The notes: generated by a model from the sequence alone, not told the origin. A stretch of DNA of 63,440 nucleotides, filler included, from 8 parts of 8 records of this genome joined end to end with filler, not necessarily neighbours in it, one strand, 5' to 3'. Numbered from the whole stretch's first letter, positions 28,297 through 39,337 are shown. Numbers and translations: made by a program.

Positions 28297-30055
28297 AAAA
28301 GTTGCCGGAATAATCTCAAACCTGGTCATGGTAGAAGTCGATGGTCCCGTTTCGCAAAACGAAATTTGTTACATTTTATTTAGCGAAGCAAAACTAATGG
28401 GAGAGGTTATTAGAATCGGTAAAAAGTTTGCTTACATACAGGTTTTCGAAAGTACCCGCGGGTTAAAAACCGGAATTGAGGTAGAATTTACAGGACACAT
28501 GCTCGAAGCAACACTTGGACCCGGAATTCTATCCAAAAACTTCGATGGGCTGCAACACGATTTAGATAAAATGGAAGGTATCTTTTTAAAAAAAGGAGAC
28601 TACACGCCTGCCCTCGAAAATGAAAAACTCTGGCAATTTACTCCACTGGTAAAACCGGGCGACGAAGTTGTCCCCGGATCGTGGATTGGCGAGGTAAAAG
28701 AAAACTGGATTCCCCATAAAATAATGGTTCCTTTTAAATTCAGCGGCACTTATAAAGTTAAAACAATTGTTGCTGAAGGTGAATATAAAATTAACGATAC
28801 AATTGCCGTAATTACCAATGCCGAAAACCAGGAAATTAAGGTTTCTATGGTACAGAAATGGCCGGTAAAAATTCCAATTAAAACATACAAAGAAAAACCA
28901 CGCCCTTTCGATTTTATGGAAACAGGAATTCGGGTTATCGACAGTTTAAATCCTATTGTGGAAGGAGGAACCGGTTTTATCCCAGGACCCTTTGGAACCG
29001 GAAAAACAGTACTTCAACATGCTCTTTCAAAGCAAGCCGAAGCCGACATGATAATTGTTGCTGCCTGCGGAGAACGCGCCAACGAAGTGGTTGAAATTTT
29101 TGCCGAATTCCCCGAACTCGACGATCCCCGAACCGGAAGAAAATTGATGGAACGTACAACCATTGTTGCAAATACATCGAATATGCCGGTGGCTGCCCGA
29201 GAAGCTTCGGTTTACACAGCAATGACAATTGCTGAATATTACCGGGCAATGGGATTAAAAGTTTTAATGCTCGCCGATTCAACTTCACGCTGGGCACAAG
29301 CGCTGCGCGAAATGTCGAACCGAATGGAAGAACTGCCGGGCCCCGATGCTTTTCCGATGGATTTACCAGCCATTATCTCAAATTTTTATGCACGGGCAGG
29401 ATTTGTATATCTGAATAATGGAAAAACCGGCTCGGTTACTTTTATCGGAACAGTTTCTCCGGCCGGTGGAAATTTAAAAGAACCGGTTACCGAATCAACT
29501 AAAAAAGCCGCACGTTGTTTTTATGCTCTTTCACAAAACCGCGCCGACAGCAAACGTTACCCAGCAATAGATGCAGTCGACAGTTATTCGAAATATCTTG
29601 AATATCCGGAATTCCAGGAATTTATGGCTAAAAAAATTTCGCCGAACTGGATTAACAATATTATAAAAGCAAAAAATATTCTTATCAGAGGACGTGAAGC
29701 ATACGAACAAATTAATATTCTGGGAGACGATGGTGTGCCCATAGAGTATCATGTCGTTTTCTGGAAATCAGAGATTATCGACTTTGTAATTCTTCAACAA
29801 GATGCATTTGATAAAATTGATGCATCGACTCCAATAAAAAGACAAAGATACATGATGGATAAAGTACTGGAAGTGTATGAAACCGAATTCAATTTTGAAT
29901 CGTTTGAAGAAGTTAATCCATATTTCAAAAAAGTGATAAATGTCTTCAAACAAATGAATTACTCAGAATTTCAAAGCGATAAATTTAAAAAATATGAAAA
30001 TGAACTAGCTGCTATTTTAAAAGAACAAACGAAAGTTGAATCGGAAATTTTATAA
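28297..30055 (+). CDS. ntpA: V-type ATP synthase subunit A (slightly 5' truncated)
   Basis: GPFGTGKT P-loop, ACGERANE, NTSNMPVAAREAS, DSTSRWAQALRE. Confidence 0.97.
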
Positions 30056-30069
30056 CAACATTTATTATA

Positions 30070-31410
30070 ATGGAAACCACAGCATTTCAAAGAATATATA
30101 CAAAAATTGAACAACTTACCAAGGCTACAATTGCTTTGCAGGCCACCGATGTGGGTAACGAAGAAATGGCAGTTGTTCACAATCGCCTGGCCCAGGTTGT
30201 TAAAATTGAAGGAAGCCTTGTAACACTTCAGGTTTTTTCGGGAACCGAAGGTATTCCAACAAATGCCGAAGTAATTTTTTTAGGTCATGCGCCGCAACTT
30301 ACCGTTAGCGACGAATTGGGAGGGCGGTTTTTTAATGCCTACGGAAATCCAATTGACGGTGGTCCTCAAATCGATGGCGTAAAAGTAGAAATTGGCGGTC
30401 CTTCTGTTAATCCGGTGCGAAGAAAACAACCTTCGGAGTTAATTGCCACAGGAATTGCAGGAATAGATTTAAACAACACGCTGGTAACCGGACAGAAAAT
30501 ACCGTTTTTTGCCGACCCCGACCAACCTTACAACCAGGTAATGGCAATGGTGGCTTTACGCGCAAAAGCCGACAAAATTATTTTGGGAGGAATGGGAATT
30601 ACTAACGACGATTATCTCTTTTTCAAAAATGTTTTTGAAAATGCAGGAGCCATCGAACGAATAATAAGTTTTGTAAATACAACCGAAAACCCTCCCGTTG
30701 AACGACTTCTTGTTCCCGACATGGCATTAACAGCAGCAGAATATTTTGCAGCAGAAAAAAATCAAAATGTATTGGTTCTGTTAACCGATATGACACTTTT
30801 TGCCGATGCACTAAGTATCGTCTCAAACCGCATGGACCAAATTCCTTCAAAAGACAGCATGCCCGGATCGTTATACAGCGATTTAGCCCGATTATATGAA
30901 AAAGCGGTTCAATTTCCTGCCGGGGGCTCCATTACAATTATTGCTGTAACAACACTCTCGGGCGGCGACATAACTCATGCTATCCCCGACAACACCGGCT
31001 ATATTACCGAAGGTCAGTTATTCCTGCGAAAAGACACTGATATTGGGAAAGTAATTGTCGATCCGTTCAGAAGTTTATCCAGATTAAAACAACTGGTAAT
31101 CGGTAAAAAAACAAGAGAAGATCATCCGCAGGTTATGAATACGGCAATCCGCCTTTTTGCTGATGCAGCAAACGCCAAAACAAAAATCGAAAATGGTTTC
31201 GACCTCACAGACTACGATAAAAGAACCATGAGTTTTGCAAAAGAGTATTCCGAAAAATTACTCGCTATCGATATCAACATTGAAATAAATGCCATGATTA
31301 ATACCGGGTGGGAACTCTTTAAAAAATACTTTTCTGCAGCCGAAACAGGCATTAAATCAGAGCTCATAGAAAAATATGGAGAATGGGATACAAATGACAA
31401 GCAAACTTAA
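30070..31410 (+). CDS. ntpB: V-type ATP synthase subunit B
   Basis: LVTGQKIPFF, LLTDMT, PGSLYSDLA..YEKA, PDNTGYITEGQ. Confidence 0.97.
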   Translation: METTAFQRIYTKIEQLTKATIALQATDVGNEEMAVVHNRLAQVVKIEGSLVTLQVFSGTEGIPTNAEVIFLGHAPQLTVSDELGGRFFNAYGNPIDGGPQIDGVKVEIGGPSVNPVRRKQPSELIATGIAGIDLNNTLVTGQKIPFFADPDQPYNQVMAMVALRAKADKIILGGMGITNDDYLFFKNVFENAGAIERIISFVNTTENPPVERLLVPDMALTAAEYFAAEKNQNVLVLLTDMTLFADALSIVSNRMDQIPSKDSMPGSLYSDLARLYEKAVQFPAGGSITIIAVTTLSGGDITHAIPDNTGYITEGQLFLRKDTDIGKVIVDPFRSLSRLKQLVIGKKTREDHPQVMNTAIRLFADAANAKTKIENGFDLTDYDKRTMSFAKEYSEKLLAIDINIEINAMINTGWELFKKYFSAAETGIKSELIEKYGEWDTNDKQT

Positions 31411-31422
31411 AAATTAAAAATC

Positions 31423-32544
31423 ATGGAAAGTCAATTGGTTACAATTCTAAGGATTTTAAAGCCCCAAATTGGAAGTTTTGTTAAGAACAAATTCGAAGCA
31501 GAAGGAATTGAATGTTTCTTCACCAATGAAGGAATGACCATCGGCAGCAAATACAATCCCGATGAAGTTTTGCTTAAAGTCAGGTTGGACCAATCGGAAC
31601 AAGCAATTGATTTATTGCTGCAATTACACAAAGAATTTGATTTAAACCAAATTAAAGATGATTTTGGTTATGCCGAAATGAAGAAAATTTTGCTCCCCGT
31701 AAAATTAGGCGACGATTGTATTGAATTATGCAAATTCGCCATTTCGATGGCACAAACCAATAATGCCGAAATTAAGCTGCTTTATGTTTATGAGGATCCG
31801 GCATTACACAATTCTGTAAAGCATACCGTGTCGTGGGAAAAACACGTAAAAATTGAACTTCAGGAAGCGCATAAAAAAGCACAACTCAAACTGGTGAATT
31901 TCAGCCTCGAAATAAAAAAAATAATCCCTAAAGAGATCCTTTCTTCAGTACGACTGCACTACAGGATGCTAAAAGGAGTGCCCGAACATGTAATTGTAGA
32001 TGCCGCCGAAAGATACGCTCCAGATGTAATAATAATGGGAACAAACGGCTCTCAGAATACAAATGGTGAATTTCATGGAAAAACCATTTCGAAAGTAGTA
32101 GAATTCTCAACCAACCCGGTTCTTGTTGTTCCTTCGAAAGCTTGCTGTTTTATGAAAGATGAAAAATTAAAAATAATGTACGCTACCGATTTTTACGATT
32201 CAGACAACAGTTCATTAAATAAACTGCTTGGAATTTTACGGTCGAACGAAAAAGAAATTTATTGCGTCCACATCGATCTGAACGACGATGCACATCATGA
32301 TGAAAAAGTAAAAGAACTAAACAAAATGCTTGCTGCCGAATATAGTATTCATAATATAAAATGTGTGCTTTTTGAAAGCGACAATGTAATTAGCGGAATT
32401 GAAAGATTTGCTGAAGAACAAAACATCGATATTATTTCATTTTCAAAAATGAAAAGATCATCATTTTACAAAATGTTTCATTCTAATTTAATGGAAAAGA
32501 TGGTGAATTACGAAAAGCTTCCGATGCTTATTTTCCCGGTTTAA
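31423..32544 (+). CDS. Universal stress protein (tandem USP domains) with N-terminal DUF2007-like domain
   Basis: KKILLPV, DVIIMGTNG..G..SKVV..PVLVVP, KIMYATDF; N-terminal KFEAEGIECF..N. Confidence 0.85.
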   Translation: MESQLVTILRILKPQIGSFVKNKFEAEGIECFFTNEGMTIGSKYNPDEVLLKVRLDQSEQAIDLLLQLHKEFDLNQIKDDFGYAEMKKILLPVKLGDDCIELCKFAISMAQTNNAEIKLLYVYEDPALHNSVKHTVSWEKHVKIELQEAHKKAQLKLVNFSLEIKKIIPKEILSSVRLHYRMLKGVPEHVIVDAAERYAPDVIIMGTNGSQNTNGEFHGKTISKVVEFSTNPVLVVPSKACCFMKDEKLKIMYATDFYDSDNSSLNKLLGILRSNEKEIYCVHIDLNDDAHHDEKVKELNKMLAAEYSIHNIKCVLFESDNVISGIERFAEEQNIDIISFSKMKRSSFYKMFHSNLMEKMVNYEKLPMLIFPV

Positions 32545-32562
32545 CCTTTATAATAACTAATT

Positions 32563-33168
32563 TTGAGTATTAAATTTCAATATAACAAAACGGCGCTGCA
32601 AAACCTGAATAAGCAGCTGAACATAAGAATAAGGGCACTTCCTACCTTAAAAAATAAGGAAGCGGCATTGCGTGTAGAAGTAAAAAAAGCAAAAAATGTA
32701 ACCCAACAACTTAGTAAAAAACTAAATACCGAAATAATAAAACACGAGGTTTCTGCCGGATTATGGAATGAATTTTTAGTTGATCTGATTTCAATCGCCG
32801 ATGTTTCAGTAACCACAAAAAAAATTGCCGGGGTAAAAACGCCCGTCCTGGAAAAAGTTATTTTTAATGAAAAAGAATTTAGCCTTTTTGATAAACCAAA
32901 ATGGTTTCCCGAAGGAATTTCGTTTGTAAAAAACCTGGCAATAATTGTTACTGAAAAAGAATTTTTTACCCGGAAAATGTTGCTTCTCGATTATGCCCGA
33001 AGAAAAACTACACAAAAAGTAAACCTGTATGAAAAAGTACAAATTCCGGGATACCTCGATGCCATTCGTAAAATAAAACGTTTCCTGGAAGACGAGGAAA
33101 ACCTTTCGAAATCGGCACAGAAAATTGTAAAAAAACGTCAACAAAAACAAAGGGAGGAAGCACAATGA
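32563..33168 (+). CDS. ntpD: V-type ATP synthase subunit D
   Basis: FQYNKT, LPTLKNKEAALR, RKTTQKVNLYEKVQIP. Confidence 0.96.
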   Translation: MSIKFQYNKTALQNLNKQLNIRIRALPTLKNKEAALRVEVKKAKNVTQQLSKKLNTEIIKHEVSAGLWNEFLVDLISIADVSVTTKKIAGVKTPVLEKVIFNEKEFSLFDKPKWFPEGISFVKNLAIIVTEKEFFTRKMLLLDYARRKTTQKVNLYEKVQIPGYLDAIRKIKRFLEDEENLSKSAQKIVKKRQQKQREEAQ

Positions 33169-34958
33169 TTGTTCCAATGCGAAAATATTATTTCCTGGTA
33201 TTTCATAAAGAATATCAAAAATTCCTGGAAGAAATTCAGCAGCTGGGAGCTTTACATGTAGTAAAAAAGGAGGCTGATGCAACCGACCAAATTACACAAA
33301 AATATGCCCAGATAGACCATGTAGAAAAAATCATCGACTTTCTTGATAAAAGAGAAATATCGCAACCATCCGAAATTAACCTTAACCCAAATGCAGAAGA
33401 GATAATTGAAGAAATAAGAACCAATCAGATTGAGTTGGAACAAATAACTCAACTTATTGAAGAAAAACAAAAAGAATTAAACAAAGCAAAACCCTGGGGA
33501 AGTTACTCACCTGAATTAATGGCTAAATTATTTGAAGCTGACATTCATATTCATTTTTTTGCTGCTCCAAAAAAATATTTTAACGAGTTAAAAGAAAAAG
33601 AGTTCCCGGTTGAAATTATTTCGGAAAGTAATAACCTGGTCTATTTTGTTTTAATAAGTAAAAAAGAGGAAAAATTTACGTTGGAAACGGATGAAATTAA
33701 ACCGCCTGAAATTCCGTTCTCCCAATTAAAAGATGAAATAGAAGAATTAAAAAACAGCATTCGTACTATCGAAGATAAGTTCGATTTCCATGCTGCCGAA
33801 AATGTTCCAACGCTCGAAGAGTACAGGCTAAATCTCATGAAATCTCTACAATTCGATTTGGTTATTCAAAATACAACAGCCGAAGCCGAAGATAAATTAA
33901 TGGTTTTGGAAGGTTGGGTTCCGGTTTCAAAAAAAGAGCAAATGGATTCGTTTGTTTCGCAGAGCAACGCCATTTTTCATTCCAGAAAAGCAACTCCCAA
34001 CGATAATATTCCGGTACTTTTAAAAAACAACAGGTTTAGCAAATTATTCGAACCCATCGGCTCAATGTTCTCACTGCCCGACTACAACGAAATGGATTTA
34101 ACCATATTTTTTGCTCCATTCTTTATGTTGTTCTTCGGTTTTTGTTTGGGCGATGCCGGCTACGGACTACTATTTATTTTAGGGGCAGGTTTATATAAAC
34201 TTAAAGCCAGTAAAAGTGTAAAACCTTATCTTTCGCTCATTCAGTTTTTAGGCTTGGCAACGGTACTTTTTGGTGCAATTTCAGGTACTTTTTTTGGAAT
34301 TAATTTAATTGAAGCCGAATTTTCATTTACCCAAAATATCAGAAGCATGTTTCTGAATCCGGATAAAATGTTTAACCTGGCGCTGGTTTTAGGTGCAATA
34401 CAAATTATATTCGGGTTAATTATAAAAGCAGCCAATCAAACCAAGCAATTCGGTTTTTCTTATGCCCTGGCAACTATTGGCTGGCTCATTGTACTTTTAG
34501 GAAGTGTTATCTATTTATTGCTGGTGAACTTTGAAATTATCGCCGAAAATAAAACCATTTTATATGCCATTATTTCTTTAGGAGGTTTCTTTATCCTATT
34601 TTTCAGCGATCCATCCATCAATGTATTTTCGCGAGTAGGTAAAGGAATTTGGGATATTTATTCTACTGTAACCGGAATTTTTGGAGACCTCTTATCGTAC
34701 ATTCGGCTATTTGCATTAGGACTTTCGAGTGCAATTTTAGGATTTGTAATCAATGATATTGCTTTACAGATTTTAGGCAGTTCCAAAATACTGGGGCCCG
34801 TATTTTTTGTTATTTTTTTATTGCTCGGTCACACACTCAACATCCTTATCTCTTCGCTTGGCTCGTTTGTGCACCCAATGCGTTTAACATTTGTCGAATT
34901 TTATAAAAATGCCGGATTTAAAGGAGGTGGAGAAGAATACAAACCGTTTACCAAATAA
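33165..34958 (+). CDS. ntpI: V-type ATP synthase subunit I (a)
   Basis: FFGFCLGDAGYG, DLLSYIRLFALG, VHPMRLTFVEFY. Confidence 0.96.
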   Translation: MIVPMRKYYFLVFHKEYQKFLEEIQQLGALHVVKKEADATDQITQKYAQIDHVEKIIDFLDKREISQPSEINLNPNAEEIIEEIRTNQIELEQITQLIEEKQKELNKAKPWGSYSPELMAKLFEADIHIHFFAAPKKYFNELKEKEFPVEIISESNNLVYFVLISKKEEKFTLETDEIKPPEIPFSQLKDEIEELKNSIRTIEDKFDFHAAENVPTLEEYRLNLMKSLQFDLVIQNTTAEAEDKLMVLEGWVPVSKKEQMDSFVSQSNAIFHSRKATPNDNIPVLLKNNRFSKLFEPIGSMFSLPDYNEMDLTIFFAPFFMLFFGFCLGDAGYGLLFILGAGLYKLKASKSVKPYLSLIQFLGLATVLFGAISGTFFGINLIEAEFSFTQNIRSMFLNPDKMFNLALVLGAIQIIFGLIIKAANQTKQFGFSYALATIGWLIVLLGSVIYLLLVNFEIIAENKTILYAIISLGGFFILFFSDPSINVFSRVGKGIWDIYSTVTGIFGDLLSYIRLFALGLSSAILGFVINDIALQILGSSKILGPVFFVIFLLLGHTLNILISSLGSFVHPMRLTFVEFYKNAGFKGGGEEYKPFTK

Positions 34959-34996
34959 CTTATTATAAATAAATTGAATTAAAAAATATTAACTAA

Positions 34997-35163
<167 letters not shown>

Positions 35164-35263
35164 NNNNNNNNNNNNNNNNNNNNNNNNNNNNNNNNNNNNN
35201 NNNNNNNTTAATTAATTAANNNNNNNNNNNNNNNNNNNNNNNNNNNNNNNNNNNNNNNNNNNN
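35164..35263. other. Artificial contig linker
   Basis: N-run/TTAATTAATTAA/N-run. Confidence 0.99.
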
Positions 35264-35811
35264 TAATAGGTGCCGCCGGTGGTTAAAATCGTGCTGAAGT
35301 ATCCCTTGCCTGGGGATGCGGGGTCGTCCTTATCAAATTTACCTGTGGGCAGGTTAACGCCCAGCCCCAGGGTATAGTCCCACCTGCTTCCGTGCCAGCC
35401 CAGAGTAAGGGGTTCAACAAGCAGGTCCGCCAGGCCGATCTCTGAATCGTGAACGCCGGCGGCGCCAATATTGAAATCAGTCCCCACAACCGTGGCAATT
35501 ATGTTCATCCCGTAATCTGCCCCGAAAATTTTTTTGTCCGTTATATAAATGAATCGGTGGGCCTGGGCAAAAACCGTTAAATCAAAATCATTGTCCAGAT
35601 CATTACCATTCGGGTCTGCCAGGGTGTCGGACTCAATATAAGTATTATACTGGCGGTAATGAAAGCCCGGTGGCGGGACTGTTCCGGCCGTCACTCCTTC
35701 AACTCCCGGGGTATAATGATTTCCACTGGCCAATACGGGCATTGCGCCCCCTGAAACCAGGAGCATGACACCCAGAAAAACGCCTGCCAATTGATACCGT
35801 TTTGTTTTCAT
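35264..35811 (-). CDS. SphA/Phenol_MetA_deg-family outer-membrane channel (3' truncated)
   Basis: Signal peptide; HYTPGVEG..AGTVPPPG, GADYG, GLADL.VEP..LGWH, PTGKFD. Confidence 0.85.
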
Positions 35812-35882
35812 CCTTCTCCTTTTCTAAAAATTATATGTGGTTAAATGCAACCCCGTACGGGCAATGCTTTGGGGTTGACGGT

Positions 35883-36128
35883 TCATGTATCGGAGTGCTT
35901 TTTCAGGCGCTCCGCCCAACGCTTCATTTCTTCTCCTGACAGTGTTGAATTAATTTTTGGCTGAGGTTTTGCCAGTTCCGTGGAAAGCGTCTTGAGTTTA
36001 GACGTTGTGCGGAATTCATTCGCAAGGTTCTTCCCGACGTCGGCCATGACCAACAGGGAACAGACAAGAACAAAAGCAACAATCAGCAGTTCTTTAGAAT
36101 TACCGTTACTTAGTTTTTGTTGAGCCAT
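35883..36128 (-). CDS. Small single-TM hypothetical protein in the rdh operon
   Basis: Overlaps rdhC stop; hydrophobic LLIVAFVLVCSLLVMA. Confidence 0.55.
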   Translation of the reverse strand: MAQQKLSNGNSKELLIVAFVLVCSLLVMADVGKNLANEFRTTSKLKTLSTELAKPQPKINSTLSGEEMKRWAERLKKHSDT

Positions 36129-37354
36129 ATTTGTTTTACCCATGTTTTGAGGAATCTGATAAAAGGTTCAAGCGGCTTGATCGGGCAAAGATAGCGGCAC
36201 CAGGGACGGTGGACAAACAGGGACGCCAATATCACCAGGCCCAGCAGAAAAAACTGCAGAATATTCCCTTTCAGATCGAACAGGGTGCCGAATATCTCAT
36301 AACTGGAGATGCCCGGATTGCGGTACAGCAGGGCAATGAGGATTGCTGCCAGGGCGAGACCGCGTTGCAGCCATTTCAACAATGATTTGTAGCGGGGAAT
36401 CGCATAGGGCTTTGCACCACCGATTTTGCCTATACATTCCTGGGCGGCGCCAAAAGGGCAAAACCATTCACAATAGGGGTTTTTGCCGGACGCTGTCAGG
36501 GTGAACAGGATCCCTCCGAGCAACAGGTACCAGTAGAGATGGGTGTGCCAGTCGGGCCAGAACCCGAGCAGTATTTTGTTGACCAGAGAAATTGTCAGGG
36601 GATTGGTATAGATAAACCCCAAGGCAATCATGCCGGTCAGCATACAGAACCAGCGCAGCTTTTTCTTGTAGGGAAACGATCTCCGGCGGCCGATGAAACC
36701 AAGGGCGAACAGCGCCAGCAGCACAATTTCCGGCAGGCCGAATTCAATTTTCGCCGGTGCCTGGGCAGGGACCGAAAAGTTCAGGTCTTTTTCGGACGGG
36801 AGGCGGCTCCCGTGCAAGGCCGCCGCTGCAATTGCGCGCGAGGTGTAGGTCGCTCCGCTGACGGCGTCGATATCACGGCCAAGTTCAAACGGATCGCTGT
36901 AACTTTTACCGATCAAGCGGGAGAAAAAATCGTTTTCCCGAACCCGTTTAAACCAATCGGGAGTCTCACGGTGGCGGACAACGGCCAGGCCCGTAATCTT
37001 GCCCTGCAGATCGGTTGCGACAGCCAGGTTCATGGGGCCTCCGTAGCCGTACCCTTCTCCGACGGATATATAGCCGAGTAACTGATCGGAACCATAGGCC
37101 GCATAGCTTCCATGGGAGGTCTTTTCAATGCGTTCAGCCGTGGGCATCGCCTGATGAAGATAAGGTTTTATATCTGCATTTTCCCGGTCGAATCCCATGA
37201 CCCAGGCGACAATGATCAGGATGATTGTCACCACGGCAAAGGCCCGTTCTCTTTTTTTCTGCCTGGGAGCTTCAGCCCCCGGATTCGCCCGGTATTCGGA
37301 ACTGTGATTGCTGCATGCCAGTGTTGGCTTTTCAGCGATGGATTCAGATTTCAT
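36110..37354 (-). CDS. rdhC: RdhC/NosR-like FMN-binding, 4Fe-4S membrane protein
   Basis: DAVSGATYTS flavinylation motif, CEWFCPFG and CRYLCP motifs, multiple TMs. Confidence 0.9.
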   Translation of the reverse strand: MKSESIAEKPTLACSNHSSEYRANPGAEAPRQKKRERAFAVVTIILIIVAWVMGFDRENADIKPYLHQAMPTAERIEKTSHGSYAAYGSDQLLGYISVGEGYGYGGPMNLAVATDLQGKITGLAVVRHRETPDWFKRVRENDFFSRLIGKSYSDPFELGRDIDAVSGATYTSRAIAAAALHGSRLPSEKDLNFSVPAQAPAKIEFGLPEIVLLALFALGFIGRRRSFPYKKKLRWFCMLTGMIALGFIYTNPLTISLVNKILLGFWPDWHTHLYWYLLLGGILFTLTASGKNPYCEWFCPFGAAQECIGKIGGAKPYAIPRYKSLLKWLQRGLALAAILIALLYRNPGISSYEIFGTLFDLKGNILQFFLLGLVILASLFVHRPWCRYLCPIKPLEPFIRFLKTWVKQIWLNKN

Positions 37355-37413
37355 CTTTTTTTACCGTTGTTTTGTCCTTGTTATTTCGCCTGCATTACCG
37401 CTGCGGACCGTCA

Positions 37414-37446
37414 GATTCTCCCTGTAGCACAGGGCCGGGGAGAATC
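37414..37446 (-). promoter_or_regulatory. Intercistronic stem-loop between rdhB and rdhC
   Basis: GATTCTCCC...GGGAGAATC 9-bp stem with alternative inner CCTGT/ACAGG pairing. Confidence 0.55.
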
Positions 37447-37460
37447 CGGGGTCACAGTGG

Positions 37461-37769
37461 TCAGGCTTGCCGGTTGGGAGTCATCCTGGCACGAATCGAG
37501 CGTAGAACGACAACCGCCATGAAAATGATCGGCAGCCCCATAAAAACAACGGTTAACCAGGCAGCGCGGGGTTCGCCTTCGTTAAAAGAGGCGATAAAGG
37601 TCTGTCCAAGGAACAGGAAGGTTACAAAAGACAGTATGGTCAGGGTCAGTTCATACCAGACCAGTTTGACGCTTTTTTCTTTGAGCAAAGTGTAGAGGTA
37701 ATGCGCTCCGCCTCCCATGATAAAGCCGAGCAGCACATACCAGAACCAGTTCCAGCTAACGATACGCAT
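37461..37769 (-). CDS. rdhB: Reductive dehalogenase membrane anchor
   Basis: 102 aa, 3 TMs, WYE and EGEPRAA motifs, AAGGAGG RBS, directly downstream of rdhA. Confidence 0.93.
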   Translation of the reverse strand: MRIVSWNWFWYVLLGFIMGGGAHYLYTLLKEKSVKLVWYELTLTILSFVTFLFLGQTFIASFNEGEPRAAWLTVVFMGLPIIFMAVVVLRSIRARMTPNRQA

Positions 37770-37784
37770 GATATCCTCCTTTTT

Positions 37785-39236
37785 CTACGAACGTGATTTG
37801 TCGAGACCGAACAGGGGAATGTCCATGGGATCGACATCCCAGGGAGACTTCTCCGGTGGCGGTTCCTGACCGTAGCCGAAGACGTCGTCCATTTGCCGGA
37901 TGGCAGCGTTGAGGGCAGGCGCTTTGGCAATGGAGATTCGAACCAGGTCATGCATGACTGCTTCATCAAACTTGGTGAAGGGACAGACGGCCTGGCAGCG
38001 GCTGCAGTCGGGGTCGCCGCCGAGCATGTAGGAGAAGCACTTCTTGGCGTCCTGATACCACCCCTTGATTCCTTTTGCCTGCCAGGCTTTGTCGCCGCCC
38101 CAGAAGGGTTCATCGTTTTTCGGGATCGCTCCGGACGGGCACATTTCAGCACATTTTTTACAGGCTCTGCAAAATTTGATAATCCCGGCGTCGATCGGCT
38201 TGGTTTCTGCCAGGGGAAGGTCCGTTACGGTCAGCATGACGGTGCGGAAATTGGTGCCCCACTGCGGACTTATCAGAATGCCGGCACGGCCGTATTCGCC
38301 CAGGCCAGACATGACGCCGAAACCGACACTGCGGCCGACGGAACCCGTATTGCCGCCGTAGTGCTGGTAACCCAGGCCGCGCAGGAATACATTAATGCGA
38401 TTGGAATAAATATTGGCCCTTGAATAGGCTGCGGTATTGGCCGATGCCCAGCTCATGCGGTCGGTGTACTGTGCCATCCACAACGATTGCGGGATAACGG
38501 CACAGATGACCCACAAGTCCTTGTCGGGCAGGACGAAGGTGCCGTCCCCGGGATCGTAGCCTTTTTCTACGTTTTCAAAACGGATGAAGCCATAAAGGAG
38601 CTTTTTGGTCCTTTTATTGAGCTTGACAAAGCCCATGTCGGCGGCTCCGAGAATGCGTCCGGCAACGCGTAACATGCGCGCATTCTCTTCCGGGGTACCT
38701 TCGTAACGCGGAACTCCGAACTGTTCGGGGGTGTAGAACATGGTCGGATGTTCCCATCCGTTGAACGACTTAATATCGGGACCGGTCCAGGAAGGGGCTA
38801 TTGAGCTTAGCGCGCCCCAGCCCCAACAGTTGGCGTCTCCCAAAGCACGGTCACGGAGAGAATAGCCTGGAGCATTCTTTTTGACCTTCTCCGTTGTCGA
38901 GGCAATGTTACGGGCGTGGATCTCCATGTATTCCTTTGGATTGTCCCAGGCTTCGGGGTTGAACAGGCTTTTGTGGACGCCTGGGAATATTTCCATATTG
39001 TCCCAATCGATTTGCACTGTTGGTTCATCGACCTCCTTGACCCACCAGGGCAATTTGCGTTCCGCATAAGGCGATGCCATCATTTCATCCAGATCGGCAA
39101 AAGCCGTTTTGGCCGTTGCGCCGAGCCCGACAGCTCCTGCTCCGACAGCTCCGGCTCCCAACCCCAGCATTTTCATGAAATCCCGGCGCCCGACTGTTGA
39201 GTGATAGGTTGATTTTCGAGAACCTGATCGGCTCAT
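37785..39236 (-). CDS. rdhA: Respiratory reductive dehalogenase catalytic subunit (start ATG 39236)
   Basis: GGAGG RBS; Tat signal GRRDFMK; SGLGEYGRAG..P.WG; FCRACKKCAEMCP and C-x10-CSRCQAVCP Fe-S motifs. Confidence 0.97.
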   Translation of the reverse strand: MSRSGSRKSTYHSTVGRRDFMKMLGLGAGAVGAGAVGLGATAKTAFADLDEMMASPYAERKLPWWVKEVDEPTVQIDWDNMEIFPGVHKSLFNPEAWDNPKEYMEIHARNIASTTEKVKKNAPGYSLRDRALGDANCWGWGALSSIAPSWTGPDIKSFNGWEHPTMFYTPEQFGVPRYEGTPEENARMLRVAGRILGAADMGFVKLNKRTKKLLYGFIRFENVEKGYDPGDGTFVLPDKDLWVICAVIPQSLWMAQYTDRMSWASANTAAYSRANIYSNRINVFLRGLGYQHYGGNTGSVGRSVGFGVMSGLGEYGRAGILISPQWGTNFRTVMLTVTDLPLAETKPIDAGIIKFCRACKKCAEMCPSGAIPKNDEPFWGGDKAWQAKGIKGWYQDAKKCFSYMLGGDPDCSRCQAVCPFTKFDEAVMHDLVRISIAKAPALNAAIRQMDDVFGYGQEPPPEKSPWDVDPMDIPLFGLDKSRS

Positions 39237-39337
39237 ATTTATACCTCCCATCGATTAAAAAATTTGCAGGGAGATTGCGCCCCCTGCGCTTAGATTTTGT
39301 TCGATGCGAATATAGAGGGATGGAAGATTTAAAAAAA

